NCBI GenBank assembly: GCA_963799845.1
Contig: CAWCYI010000007.1
Coordinates: forward strand, 128,001 to 192,000
Source: an uncultured Nitrososphaerota archaeon
GTDB taxonomy: Archaea; Thermoproteota; Nitrososphaeria; Nitrososphaerales; CADDZS01
DNA length: 64,000 nt
Reading direction: 5' to 3'
Part shown: piece by piece, positions 28,990 to 39,588 of the stretch
How positions within the stretch are numbered: position 1 is the stretch's first letter
Layout: each line of letters starts with the position of its first letter
Position numbers and translations under genes: made by a program
The notes under the pieces: generated by a model
What the model was told of the DNA's origin: nothing
The model's input: the letters and a program-made list of their open reading frames with translations, nothing else
Database searches by the model: none

Positions 28990-29268
28990 ATGACCCAGAA
29001 AAGGAAGAGCAGGGGGAGGTCCAAAGGCGGTAAGGGGAGCTCCGGAACTGTTCAATGCAGTAATTGCGGTAGACAAACTCCAATTGACAAGGCAAAAAAG
29101 ATGACATCCCGGGTAAGCCTTGTTGAACCTATGCTTGCAAGAGAATTGAGGCAGGCAGGTGCTTATATCGCGTCCCCCGTGACAATCAAGTATTATTGTG
29201 TGTCATGTGCTGTGCACTACGGCATGGTCAAAGTTAGGGCCAAGGCCGAGAGAAGACAAGCATTCTAG
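28990..29268 (+). CDS. rps26e: 30S ribosomal protein eS26
   Basis: KRKSRGRSKG, VQCSNCG..P.DKAKK, YCVSCAVH. Confidence 0.95.
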   Translation: MTQKRKSRGRSKGGKGSSGTVQCSNCGRQTPIDKAKKMTSRVSLVEPMLARELRQAGAYIASPVTIKYYCVSCAVHYGMVKVRAKAERRQAF

Positions 29269-29355
29269 CACATTCATTAGCGGAGAGTGTCTACATCACT
29301 CCCAAAATTACGTTTTTCGCTAACAGTCTACTAGGCCGGGATACCTGTCTGCGAA

Positions 29356-29929
29356 TTACTGGGATCTGAGTTTTTTCAAAATTGCAACGTAACGTTGCAG
29401 GAACGTGACAAAGGCGATGATCAGAACTATGATGACTCCAATCCATACAAATCCGGCGATCGAAAATACTATGAGAACCAGTAGCCTTTCGGCTCGTTCT
29501 CCTACGCCGATTCCCGAGAGAGAGACTCCGAGCGAGTCTCCCTTAGCTCTAGTATCAGCTTACCATTAGTGAAAAACTGAGTGCAAGCAGAACGAAAATA
29601 GGTGAGGTATAACCCGCATAGATTATTCCGGAGTAGACTGCGACTTCGGCGACTCTGTCAAGAGTTGAATCGTTGAAAGATCCTGATTTTGACACAAGGT
29701 GATTTACACGCGCCACCGCCCCGTCGAGAACGTCGAAGAGTCCAGAGATTATGAGAGAAGATGCTCCTAGGTACGGTTGTTCAGGTCTCAGGGCGTAAAA
29801 GATTCCTGCAATTAGAGAGAAAAGAAATCCGATGAAAGTCCAGAAGGTTGGTGAAAGTCCGGTGCGACCAAGAGATCTGCCAATTGAATTTACAACAGGC
29901 TCAATTTGGCTTCTGATCTTGTTCAGTAC
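29356..29929 (-). CDS. pgsA: CDP-alcohol phosphatidyltransferase (archaetidylinositol-phosphate synthase-like), +1 frameshift at 29556; missing from the ORF track
   Basis: LNKIR..GLSPTFWT, DVLDGAVARVN..G.F.DSTLDRVAE, SLMVS(Y)TRAKG, GVGERAERL. The span is 574 nt (191 codons + 1). Confidence 0.88.
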
Positions 29930-30053
29930 CGTGATACATCGACCCCAGAATTCTTTCTACATGCCCAACATTGGTATGCTTTTATAGAGTGCGCGTTCAG
30001 CTTTGAATTTGCCTAACAATTCAAAGAATTCGTCAGGAGCTAGATAGAGAAAT

Positions 30054-30257
30054 TTGGGCAAAATCGGGAAAGGCGTTAGTTGCTCGGTAACCGGTTGCAA
30101 GAATCTTGCTGAAAGATCTATCAGCAGAGACCAGATAGGCGGGAGCGGCCTGAGCGTTTCTGGCGATCGTAGAGTGTACCTTTGTCACGAGCATTACAAG
30201 GTCTGGAAAAAAGCTACAAAGAAAGATCGAGATCTAGATAGAGTCCGTTTCAAGTAA
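30054..30257 (+). CDS. Small Cys/His (Zn-binding) conserved hypothetical protein
   Basis: CSVTGC ... YLCHEHYK. Confidence 0.7.
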   Translation: MGKIGKGVSCSVTGCKNLAERSISRDQIGGSGLSVSGDRRVYLCHEHYKVWKKATKKDRDLDRVRFK

Positions 30258-30316
30258 AGCCATTCTGTTTAAAGCTTTGTTGAGCAATTAGTAGGAATCC
30301 ACGCGGTAGATCAGAA

Positions 30317-32213
30317 TTGAGAGTTCTTCAGCTTCATTGCGATGAGGTAGAATACAAGCCGATAAAGAAGGAGATCCCGAATGCGGAGGAAACTTCTACC
30401 GAGACGAGAATCATTCGCGTATGCATTCTACTTCTCATCAGCGTTGAAGAGAGAGATGACGACAGCGTTGTTGAACAGTGTATTTCAGCGGTTGAAAAGG
30501 CTCAGGCGCAATTAAAGTGCGACTCGTTTGTTATTTATCCTTACGCTCACTTGAGTAGCCATCTCGCATCGCCGAAAATCGCGAAAGAAATATTGGGCAC
30601 ACTCGAAAAACGAGTGGAGGGACTCGGCTATTCGGTTCACCATGTTCCTTTTGGATGGAACAAGTCTCTCTCCATCAAAGTGAAAGGTCATCCTCTTGCT
30701 GAGCAGTCGAAGGTCTTCGAACCAAAGATCATGGAGGGCGAAGCTCCCGAAAAGAAAGAAGACGCCAAGGAGATTCTCTCTGCAGCACTGAAAGCCGAGG
30801 ATAACCTAAGATCGCAGTGGTTCATCATAGATCTCGAAGGGAACCTGACACCGATCTCTGAATACAACTTTGCGAAAAGTAAGACTCTTGAGAAGCTGAA
30901 AAATTACGAGACTGCCAAGGTAAGAGCAGTCCAACAAATTCCGCCTCATGTGAACTTTATGAAAAAACTTGGTTTGGTGGATTACGAACCAGCCTCCGAC
31001 CCCGGCAACATGCGGTACTATCCCAAGGGGAGAATGATCAAATCTCTCCTCGAGCGGTACGTTACTCAGAGGGTCCAGGAGTATGGAGGCGTTGAAGTGG
31101 AAACACCTATCATGTACGACCTGGAACATCCCAGTCTTGCGAGCTATCTCAATCGCTTTCCAGCGAGGCAATACTTGGTAAAGTCAGATGAGAAGGAGTA
31201 TTTTCTTCGGTTTGCTGCGTGTTTTGGGCAGTTTTTGATAGCTGAAGGACCTTCAGCTGACATACAAACATCTCCCGCTAAAGCTGTACGAGCTCACTAG
31301 GTATTCCTTTCGTCGTGAAAAAAGTGGAGAACTTATAGGATTACGGCGGCTCCGAGCGTTCACAATGCCGGATTGCCATGCGATAGTTCGCGACATCGAT
31401 CAGGCGAGAGAAGAGTTTCCTAAGAGATTTGAGCTGTCCCAAAGCGTCCTGAAAGAAATTGGTTTCGATGAAGATGATTACGAACTAGCGATCAGATTCA
31501 CTGAGGAATTTTACGGTGAAAACAAGCAGTTCATCGCTTCAATTATTAGAAAGCATGGTAGACCGGCGCTAGTTGAAATGTGGAGGGAGAGATTTTTCTA
31601 TTTCGTTTTGAAGTGGGAGTTCAACTTCATCGACAATCTGGATAAGGCCTCGGCTCTTTCGACTGACCAGATAGATATCGAAAACGCCCAACGTTATGGG
31701 ATTACGTTTGTTGATGAGACCGGCAAAAAGCAGACGCCTATGATTTTGCATAATTCTCCATCTGGGGCAATTGAGCGAGATATCTTCGGGCTGCTAGAGA
31801 AAGCGGGGCGCATGCAGTCAGAGGGAAAAATCGCGACGCTACCTGTCTGGTTGAGCCCCACCCAGATTAGATTGTTACCCGTGTCCCAGAAGTTCCTCGA
31901 CGCGTGCAAGTTGGTTTCGGAAGATTTCGAAACCTCTCATATCCGAGTTGACATCGATGACCGCGAAGAAAGCGTCGGTAAGAGAATTCGCGAAGCGGAG
32001 AAAGAATGGATTCCCTACATAATTGTGATAGGGGAGAAAGAAGAATCAGATCCTTCAAAGTTCATGGTAAGGATCCGCGGTAAGGGAGAGAGCCAAATGT
32101 CCCCAGATCAATTGAAACATGAGATCTCAAATGCCACAAGCGGGCGTCCGTTTGCACCGCTTCCTCTTCCAAAACTTATGTCGAGACGCCCCTCCTTTGA
32201 AATGAGCTCGTAG
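30317..32213 (+). CDS. thrS: Threonine--tRNA ligase, archaeal type with N-terminal editing domain; one apparent +1 frameshift at 31244
   Basis: YPYAHLS editing domain, PFGWNK, KGHPLAE, LRFAACFGQF. Deleting G31244 gives [48 protein letters not shown], continuing to HNSPSGAIER. Confidence 0.95.
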
Positions 32214-32397
32214 TCGTTTTCAATTTCTGGAAGGGACAAGTGGCAAGGATGCCGGTGAGAATTATATCAACTCGACTGCGAATTCAAGATTTCTTCGCCA
32301 GATATTAAGTGCCGAATTCCCTTGCCCTCGACTAACTAGATATAAGAAGAATGGGAACTGTTTCGAGATTGAAAAATATTTGAGCTGATTTTTTAAA

Positions 32398-33336
32398 TTG
32401 AGCGAGAATGGAGCAAGATCATTTGAGATCGTTGTGGCCGGACATATTGTCGTGGATGAAATAATCGACAATATAGGCCAGGTCGCTCCAAGAAGAGCGC
32501 TTGGTGGAGCTCCATCCTACTCCTCGCTCGCACTATCGAGCCTCGAATACAAACCAGAAATCGTAACTCACATCGGCGAGGACTTTCCAATTTCTTACTT
32601 CAAACTTATTGAAGAAAGGACCGGAATCGACATCAGGAAATGGATTTCACCGGGATTCAAAACCACTAGCTATCGAATCGATCGAACGGCGGAACATCGA
32701 CGTCTGTGGCTTGTCGCAAGATGCCGGGAGATTATTTACGATGATTTTAGATTATTCCTTGGGGAGACGTCAAACACTAAGGCTCTGGTATTGAACCCGG
32801 TCGCCGGAGAAATTTCCCTTTCGCTTCTTGAAAGAATCTCAAAAGAGTTTGATCATGTCTACATCGATTCTCAGGGCTTTGTCCGACGGTTCGACAAGAA
32901 AACCGGTGAGGTAGGGATGAGGTCGGGGCTCGATATCTCCGCGCTAACGGGCGTAGACGTTCTGAAGGCAGATCTCGAGGAGCTTTCCGCATGGACCGGA
33001 ACCAGAAACAAAGAGTCCGCCATTCGGCAGCTTTCGAGATTCGTTAATATTTTGCTATTGACTTCAGGACCCTCAGCCGTAGAGGTATATGAGTCGGGTG
33101 AATCAAAAATGAGAGCAATTCCCTTCAAGGTTCAAGTTGCTGATACGACTGGAGCTGGCGACATCATGTTATCATCTTTCGCGGCTAAGTTCACCGAAAC
33201 TGAAGACATTGAGGAGGCATTAGCGTTCGCCGTTACTGCAAGCACACTTGCGGTCAGAAATTACGGAGTCGAGAAGGCTATTCTGTCCCGATCGGAAGTC
33301 GAGAAACAGTCGAAACTCGTTGACATTCAGCGCTGA
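32398..33336 (+). CDS. PfkB family carbohydrate/nucleoside kinase
   Basis: LGGAPSYS, IDSQGFVR, DTTGAGD. Confidence 0.88.
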   Translation: MSENGARSFEIVVAGHIVVDEIIDNIGQVAPRRALGGAPSYSSLALSSLEYKPEIVTHIGEDFPISYFKLIEERTGIDIRKWISPGFKTTSYRIDRTAEHRRLWLVARCREIIYDDFRLFLGETSNTKALVLNPVAGEISLSLLERISKEFDHVYIDSQGFVRRFDKKTGEVGMRSGLDISALTGVDVLKADLEELSAWTGTRNKESAIRQLSRFVNILLLTSGPSAVEVYESGESKMRAIPFKVQVADTTGAGDIMLSSFAAKFTETEDIEEALAFAVTASTLAVRNYGVEKAILSRSEVEKQSKLVDIQR

Positions 33337-33341
33337 AATAG

Positions 33342-33782
33342 TTATTCTTCCCGCCTGAGCTTGTCAGCGAGACTCACAAACTTCCCGTGGTCTTCTACGG
33401 AGATAGTGGTACTTACACTAACCCGCATTCCAATCGATCTAAAGAATTGCAGTAATTCACCGCCTGTTATCGAGCTTATTTTGCCTTGTTTTATCAGAGT
33501 GGCAAGCTGAGGAATCATTATTTTCATTTCTCGAGGATAGGCCGCTTCAGCCGCGGCGAGTACTTCGTCGCCACGATCTCGGAGAGCTTTTGAAAGAATA
33601 TCTCGGTCAGAAGGCTGATTTTTCAATCTCTCCACTCTCTGCTCTTCAAATGACTTTTTCGCAATTTCGGATTTTACCCGTTTTCGGAGCTCGAGCGTTC
33701 TTTTGGCGTTCAGCATCTTGAGATCGAGATCATCGGCGAATTCCTTGTCAGATTCCTCTGGACCGCTGGAAGATTCAGACAT
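33342..33782 (-). CDS. PDCD5-like double-stranded DNA-binding domain protein
   Basis: D..L..L..KR..EL N-terminus; RG.EVL..A...YP ... ITGGELL..FRS.G..V. Confidence 0.65.
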   Translation of the reverse strand: MSESSSGPEESDKEFADDLDLKMLNAKRTLELRKRVKSEIAKKSFEEQRVERLKNQPSDRDILSKALRDRGDEVLAAAEAAYPREMKIMIPQLATLIKQGKISSITGGELLQFFRSIGMRVSVSTTISVEDHGKFVSLADKLRREE

Positions 33783-33976
33783 TATCTGTAGGCTCGTAAG
33801 ACCAAATCCTTGCTAATTGTTTCTTTAAGGTTTTAGAGACAACCAATCGACCTTAATGATTTTGGGACTAGAGGCGGCTGAGAAGCATTTTTTCTGATAA
33901 TATTGTGGAGAAACTAATCACAATAGATTATCGTGAAATATATGGGAAACGGCAGTTACTTTCAAGCTATTAACAA

Positions 33977-34710
33977 ATGAAAAGCTCAAAGGCGCTCGTC
34001 ATTATCTTGGTAGTTTTGATTTCGATTCTTGCCCCGACTTCTCTGGGTTATTTGATCGGGGCTCAACAGACACCAGTTTTCCAAAAGGCCGTCGTCGCAT
34101 TGAACTAGACAACTACCGTCTCGGTTACTGTTACCCCTAGTTCAAATCAAGAGTTCACAAACACGAGTTCGATACCAATCCAGCCCGACCCATTCGAGTT
34201 TTGGACAGTATTCGGAGCAAGTTCGAGTACTTGGTATGTTCCAATTGTTTTCCTTGGGGCTGGTTCGATTTCTCAACTTTACGTTAACTATGAGTGCGAG
34301 GTCCCCTGCACTTCTAATAATTCGTCAATTGCGTCCTTCCATCTAAAGTCGGTGATTCCTCAAGCTTTCTTGTTGAATGAAAACGGTAATGTCACCATAA
34401 CGTCTGATTTGACATTCAACACAACCAGAGTCTTAGATCTTCAAAAACCTCTGAGACAATATTGTATGAACTCTTAATTGCGAATTCAAGTAGCGGCTAT
34501 TACACATTCAATCTACCTTATGGAAGTTCGGTCGAACCGATCCTTTATGTGAAGAGTGGTTCCGCAGGTCTCGATTCCAATCTACTCCGAAAGTGGCTGG
34601 GAAATGTTGCACAGGGCGATGCTGCATGTTCGGACGAAGTACAGGTGACAATTTTAGGGTTTACGAATACGTATTATACAGAAATTCCTCTTAAAGTACC
34701 CAGCTCATAA
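33977..34710 (+). pseudogene. Secreted/membrane-anchored hypothetical protein interrupted by an in-frame TAG (34106-34108) and a frameshift near 34443-34447
   Basis: MKSSKALVIILVVLISILAPTSLGYLIG signal/TM, then LN*TTTVSVTVT. The frame continues to ~34450 and then shifts in an A5 run into ORF 34462-34710. Confidence 0.6.
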
Positions 34711-34780
34711 TTTCTCATTCAAATATTGACTTCCGAGTTATTCTCTCTTTGTCGAGTCGCAAGATGTTTTAGAGAGAATA

Positions 34781-35614
34781 ATGAAGAAAGCCGTTAAGAT
34801 GATTTCAATAGCGATTCCTGATTCAATGTTTCTTGAGGATGATACTTTGCGTGAAAAAACCGTGAAAGTCGGGCTAGTCGCTCGTTCAGCGGCGATATTC
34901 GGAATCGAACGGATTTACATTTACCGAGATTCAACTCGAAACAACGAATCTGATTATGAGGTTGCGAAGACCATTTTCGAATATGCCGAAACTCCTCAAT
35001 ATTTGCGGAAGAGAGTTTTCGGCCGCCGAAAGGAGCTCGAATATGCCGGCCTCTTGCCGCCGTTGAGGATTCCATCTCATGTGATAGAATCTTACCCTGA
35101 AGCCAACCAGACCAGGGAGTCTGTGATAGTCCTTCAAAATGGCGAGCTAATGGCAGATGTCGGAGCCAATGGACTTGCTATGATTGAAGGAAGAGTTCAC
35201 GAAGGACAAAGAGTGACTGTGAGAATCATATCTGTCGATCCTTTGGTTGTCCGTGTTCAGGAGAGACCCTTGGACAAGTACTGGGGTTACGAATTGAGAC
35301 GGGCGCCTTCTTTAGCTCGATTTCTGAAGAGCGCGAACTTTGAGCTAACTATACTCACATCTCGACTTGGCGTTAGCGTTGATAAAATATGGAAGGAATT
35401 TTGCGAAAGATCCGCTTCCGCTCCCAGAATTCTGGTGTGCTTCGGATCTCCGGAGGCAGGGGTCGACAAAATGTTGAAGCAGGATAAAGCGAAGGTTGCA
35501 GATTTTCCATCCATGTATCTCAACACTTTTCCTGGGCAGAATGCTGAAACGATTAGATTGGAAGAAGCTGTATTCGGGTCACTTAGCATTCTGAATTTGG
35601 CAATTCATCTATGA
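34781..35614 (+). CDS. SPOUT RNA methyltransferase (DUF171/SPOUT1-like)
   Basis: ISIAIPDS, ETPQYLRK, AGLLPPLRIPSH, YWGY, FGSP, NTFPGQ..TIRLEEA; conserved position upstream of rpl3. Confidence 0.9.
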   Translation: MKKAVKMISIAIPDSMFLEDDTLREKTVKVGLVARSAAIFGIERIYIYRDSTRNNESDYEVAKTIFEYAETPQYLRKRVFGRRKELEYAGLLPPLRIPSHVIESYPEANQTRESVIVLQNGELMADVGANGLAMIEGRVHEGQRVTVRIISVDPLVVRVQERPLDKYWGYELRRAPSLARFLKSANFELTILTSRLGVSVDKIWKEFCERSASAPRILVCFGSPEAGVDKMLKQDKAKVADFPSMYLNTFPGQNAETIRLEEAVFGSLSILNLAIHL

Positions 35615-35744
35615 CGTCACTACTATAGAAATGCCAAGGTTTTGAAGAATCTGAGCCCTTGTCAAACAAATCAAAAATATGCACGTGATCGCTAAAGGTT
35701 TAAAAACGATAATTGACGCGTGTGTGCAGTACGGCGTTTTACGG

Positions 35745-36800
35745 ATGGGTCATCGTAAGCATAGTAGTCCTAGGCGAGGCTCTCTTGCTTTTGCACCGAG
35801 AGCTCGGCATCAAGTCCTCCTTCCCAGAATAAGGAATTGGACTACCAGAGGAGTTGACAAGCCTACCCTTGCTGGATTTCCGGTATTCAAAGTGGGAATG
35901 GTTCAGATCGTTACGCTAGACGACCGGGAAAAAACTCCAAATTTTGGCAAGCCCACGTTTAATCCTGCTACTGTTTTGTCTGCACCCGCGGTTACTGTTT
36001 ACGGATTTAGAGCATATGGTCGCAAGAATGGAATAGATTTTGCATTAATCGACGTTTTCGCGAACAATCTTCCGAAGGAAATCCAAGAAAGAGTTTCGTT
36101 TATGATAGACTCGAAGGACACTACATCTTTTGATGTTTCCTTGAAAAAGGTTGAGGAGCTTCTTGGAGAAGTCCTGAATTTTACCGCAATTGTTGGGGTT
36201 ATTCCGAGCGAGACTGGGTTGTCTAATGGCAACCCTCAGATTCAGGAAATGGGAGTGATCGGCGGGAACGTTAAATCACAGTTTGAATACTTGAAGGAGA
36301 TTATTGGCCAAGCCGTAAAACCGGGGGATTACTTCAAAGCTGGGGCTTATCTTGACACGATCGCGATCACAAAGGGGAAGGGCTTTGAGGGAGTCATCAC
36401 TAGATTCGGAGTCACTCGAAAACAGCATAAATCAAGGAAAACAGTTCGCGAGGTCGGAGTAATCAGCCCTTGGCATCCTGCTACGGTAATGTACACGGTG
36501 CCACGAGCGGGTCAGATGGGTTTCCACCAGCGTATCGACAAGAATAAGAGAATTCTTGTTGTTTCAAATGCTCAGCAAAACCCAATTACTCCTTCTGGTG
36601 GGTTCCCACATTTTGGTGAGGTGAGAGGAGATTACGTTATTGTCCGTGGTTCTGTCCCTGGACCAATCAAAAGGCTGATTGATTTGAGATTGCCCCTTTA
36701 CCCACGAAGACAAAAAGTGCAGGCCCCCAGAATAGTGGAAATTAATGTTGCAGGGAGAGCAATGCCTCTTGTATCTGCATCAGCCTCTCAACAAAAGTAG
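35745..36800 (+). CDS. rpl3: 50S ribosomal protein uL3
   Basis: MGHRKHSSPRRGSLAF, TKGKGFEG, PRAGQMGFHQR; ATG at 35745 preferred. Confidence 0.97.
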   Translation: MGHRKHSSPRRGSLAFAPRARHQVLLPRIRNWTTRGVDKPTLAGFPVFKVGMVQIVTLDDREKTPNFGKPTFNPATVLSAPAVTVYGFRAYGRKNGIDFALIDVFANNLPKEIQERVSFMIDSKDTTSFDVSLKKVEELLGEVLNFTAIVGVIPSETGLSNGNPQIQEMGVIGGNVKSQFEYLKEIIGQAVKPGDYFKAGAYLDTIAITKGKGFEGVITRFGVTRKQHKSRKTVREVGVISPWHPATVMYTVPRAGQMGFHQRIDKNKRILVVSNAQQNPITPSGGFPHFGEVRGDYVIVRGSVPGPIKRLIDLRLPLYPRRQKVQAPRIVEINVAGRAMPLVSASASQQK

Positions 36801-36812
36801 TGAGATTGGAGA

Positions 36813-37604
36813 ATGGAAGCAAAGATTTTGAATCTTGAAGGTCAGGAAGTAGAGTCGCTCAATCTTCCTTCTGTTTTTAGTACTCCTCTGAGGGAAGATG
36901 TTATCAATCGTGTTTTTGTCGCCTTGACTTCTCATAATAAGCAGCCGCAAGGAAGAGATCCTCTTGCTGGTGAGAGAACTTCAGCTGAATCAGGTCACCC
37001 ACCCACGGGACGAGGGATTTCAAGGATTCCCAGAGTGAAAGGCGAGAGATATTCAAAGTCAGGCATGGCGGGGGCTGTCGCTAGTACGGTTCACGGTAGG
37101 ATGCCTCATCCTCCTAGGTCGGAGAAAGTTATCAGGAAGGAAATAAATGAAAAGGAAAGATATCTTGCCCTTGCCTCGGCGATAGCTGCGACTACAAATC
37201 AAGTGATAGTCGAGAAAAGAGGGCACAAATTTTCATCAATGCTTCCAATTATTGTTTCGAACGACTTTGAAAACATAGTCAAGGTCCGCGAACTCAAAAA
37301 GTTCTTTGTTACTGTCGGGGCGGACAAGGACTTGGAAAGAGCTAGCAACCGAAAAAAGAAAGTTACCAGTTCTCTTTCCAAGAGAGCGAGAAGCGGAGTA
37401 GGTCCGCTGCTGGTCGTCTCCAAGAACTCTAAATTGAGGGACATTGCGAAATCGGTTGAAGGGCTAACTGTTGCGATTAGTTCGAACTTGTCCGTTCTAG
37501 ATCTTGCTCCCGGCTCAATCCCTGGAAGATTAACGATTTGGACTAAGGATTCGCTAGATGGAATATCGAAGAACGTATCGAATCTGAGTGGTAATTCATC
37601 TTGA
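36813..37604 (+). CDS. rpl4: 50S ribosomal protein uL4
   Basis: QPQGRDPLAG.RTSAES, TGRGISRIPR, LAPG..PGRLTIW. Confidence 0.97.
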   Translation: MEAKILNLEGQEVESLNLPSVFSTPLREDVINRVFVALTSHNKQPQGRDPLAGERTSAESGHPPTGRGISRIPRVKGERYSKSGMAGAVASTVHGRMPHPPRSEKVIRKEINEKERYLALASAIAATTNQVIVEKRGHKFSSMLPIIVSNDFENIVKVRELKKFFVTVGADKDLERASNRKKKVTSSLSKRARSGVGPLLVVSKNSKLRDIAKSVEGLTVAISSNLSVLDLAPGSIPGRLTIWTKDSLDGISKNVSNLSGNSS

Positions 37605-37867
37605 ATCCCGAAGACGCCCTAAAAGTCGTATTTAGACCATACGTGACTGAAAAAACTTTCGACCTGATCGAAAGACAAAACAAGATATGTTTTCTGGTCG
37701 AGATCAAGTCGTCTAAGAAAAAGATCAAAAGTGCGATTGAGACTTTGTACCAAGTAAAGGTTGCCAGTGTCAACACTGCAATAACGATCGTAGGCAAGAA
37801 GGCGTTCGTTCGCCTCGCGCCTGAAAGCTCAGCGACAGATCTTGCGTCCAAACTAGGATTGGTGTAA
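37601..37867 (+). CDS. rpl23: 50S ribosomal protein uL23
   Basis: RPYVTEK, VNT....KKAFVRL. Confidence 0.95.
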   Translation: MNPEDALKVVFRPYVTEKTFDLIERQNKICFLVEIKSSKKKIKSAIETLYQVKVASVNTAITIVGKKAFVRLAPESSATDLASKLGLV

Positions 37868-37872
37868 AATGA

Positions 37873-38613
37873 ATGGGTAAGCGAATTTTAGTTAGACACC
37901 GGGGCAAGGGCGGTCTGCAATACAGATCTCCACAGGTAGGCAAGTTTGCAAAGGTGAGGTATCCGTTTGTCCCCGAAGGTCAGACTACTGAGATGAAGAT
38001 ATTGGATATCGTGCATGAGCGAGGGAGGGCTTATCCGCTCGCTGAGCTTGATTATTCTGGAAAGAGGTTCTACATCCCTGCGGTTTCGGGCACTGTTGTC
38101 GGAACCCAAATTCAGATAGGCCCTCTAGCCAGTGTTGAGTCAGGTAACATTCTTCCGCTAGCAAATATTCCAGAGGGAACCGCTATTTGCAACATTGAGA
38201 GGTACCTAGGCGACGGTGGTCGATTGGTTAGACAGGCAGGAGAATCAGCTGTACTTTTCGCAAATACCGCTCAGGGCTCTACAATAAGGATGCCATCTGG
38301 TCGGACTGCTTTTCTTTCTCCAAAATGCCGCGCTTCGATCGGCATAGTGAGCGGGGGGGGTCGAGTGGAGAAGCCATTCCTGCGCGCTGGTGCTAAATTC
38401 CACCTCATGAAGTCGAAAGGAAAGATGTATCCGAGAATGAGAGGAATCGCCATGGCTGCAGTTTATCATCCGTTTGGAGGAGGGAGGCACCAGCATCCAG
38501 GCAAGTCTACTTCAACTTCACGAAATGCTCCACCGGGGAGAAAAGTTGGAAACATTGCTCCAAGGAAGACTGGAAGAAAGAGAATAGTTAGGGCTGAGGA
38601 TAGACAGGAGTAG
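37873..38613 (+). CDS. rpl2: 50S ribosomal protein uL2
   Basis: MGKRI...RGKG, RGIAM....HPFGGG.HQH, PPGRKVG. Confidence 0.97.
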   Translation: MGKRILVRHRGKGGLQYRSPQVGKFAKVRYPFVPEGQTTEMKILDIVHERGRAYPLAELDYSGKRFYIPAVSGTVVGTQIQIGPLASVESGNILPLANIPEGTAICNIERYLGDGGRLVRQAGESAVLFANTAQGSTIRMPSGRTAFLSPKCRASIGIVSGGGRVEKPFLRAGAKFHLMKSKGKMYPRMRGIAMAAVYHPFGGGRHQHPGKSTSTSRNAPPGRKVGNIAPRKTGRKRIVRAEDRQE

Positions 38614-38621
38614 ATTATCTA

Positions 38622-39017
38622 ATGCCGAGAGAATTCAAGTACCGCGGATATTCTTTAGAGCAGTTGCAGGGGATGTCGTTCGAGTCGTTTCTGGGATTGC
38701 TTCCATCGCGACAGAGAAGATCTTTGAATAGAGGCATATCAGACGAGAAAAAGAAGTTAATTGAGGAGACTAGGCTCGCGAAAGATGGTAAGATCAAGAA
38801 TCCTATCAGGACTCATGCTAGGGACATGGTAATTCTTCCTTACATGGTGGGGTTGAGTATTCACGTTCACTCGGGGAAGGAGTTCGTTGCACTCGAAATT
38901 AAACCCGAAATGGTTGGCCGATATTTGGGAGAATTTGTGATCACCAACAAGAAAGTAGTACATGGCACTCCAGGCATTGGGGCATCAAGGTCGAGTCTAT
39001 ACGTGCCGCTAAAGTAA
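38622..39017 (+). CDS. rps19: 30S ribosomal protein uS19
   Basis: [30 protein letters not shown]. Confidence 0.97.
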   Translation: MPREFKYRGYSLEQLQGMSFESFLGLLPSRQRRSLNRGISDEKKKLIEETRLAKDGKIKNPIRTHARDMVILPYMVGLSIHVHSGKEFVALEIKPEMVGRYLGEFVITNKKVVHGTPGIGASRSSLYVPLK

Positions 39018-39116
39018 AACGAGGGAATTGTAGATAGAACAGGTCCGTCAATGGTTTGTCACAGTAAGGTATTTATCCCATTCAATAGGAAGTTCCTTTT
39101 CTACCACAAGTGTTAG

Positions 39117-39584
39117 TTGCGATTGCCGCTTTTCAGGTATGCCTTTCAGAGTTATGACCCTCTTCAACACATTAAAGCTTCGGGAAGAGAGGTAGATGTT
39201 TCTCCGAAGACTGCTAGGGAGGTTTGTAAGGCGATAAAGGGAATGTTCCTAAGAGATGCGAAGGAGTACCTTGAAGCTGTAAAAGAAAAAGAGGCGGCAG
39301 TGCCTTTTAGGCGCTTCAAAAGGGGCGGAGCGCACAGGTCGGAAATTAATGGGTTTCATGCGGGAGGATACCCGATAAAGGCTGCATCGAAAGTCCTTGA
39401 CGTTTTGAACAATCTAGAAGCGAATGCAGAGTTTAAGGGTCGTGATTTGGATCGAATGAAAATTATTCATGCTAGTGCTGCGAGGGGAAGAATTATTCGG
39501 GCCTACACTCCCCGGGCTCAGGGTAGGTCATCGCCTTCGTTCAACACTTTGGTTCATATTGAATTGGTAGCGACAGAGGCTTAG
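39117..39584 (+). CDS. rpl22: 50S ribosomal protein uL22
   Basis: VSPK...EVC.AIKGM, YP.KAA, PRAQGR, HIELV. Confidence 0.96.
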   Translation: MRLPLFRYAFQSYDPLQHIKASGREVDVSPKTAREVCKAIKGMFLRDAKEYLEAVKEKEAAVPFRRFKRGGAHRSEINGFHAGGYPIKAASKVLDVLNNLEANAEFKGRDLDRMKIIHASAARGRIIRAYTPRAQGRSSPSFNTLVHIELVATEA

Positions 39585-39588
39585 ATTC

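Noticed and set aside
31230-31260. mRNA introns explaining the broken thrS, ahcY and cmk genes
   Set aside because: Each break is a single extra base with homology resuming immediately, leaving no room for an intron.
34106-34108. Amber recoding (pyrrolysine or an alternative genetic code)
   Set aside because: TAG is a genuine stop in many conserved genes here (top6A, rpl3, rpl2, rpl5, guaB), no pyl genes are in the window, and the same gene also has a frameshift.
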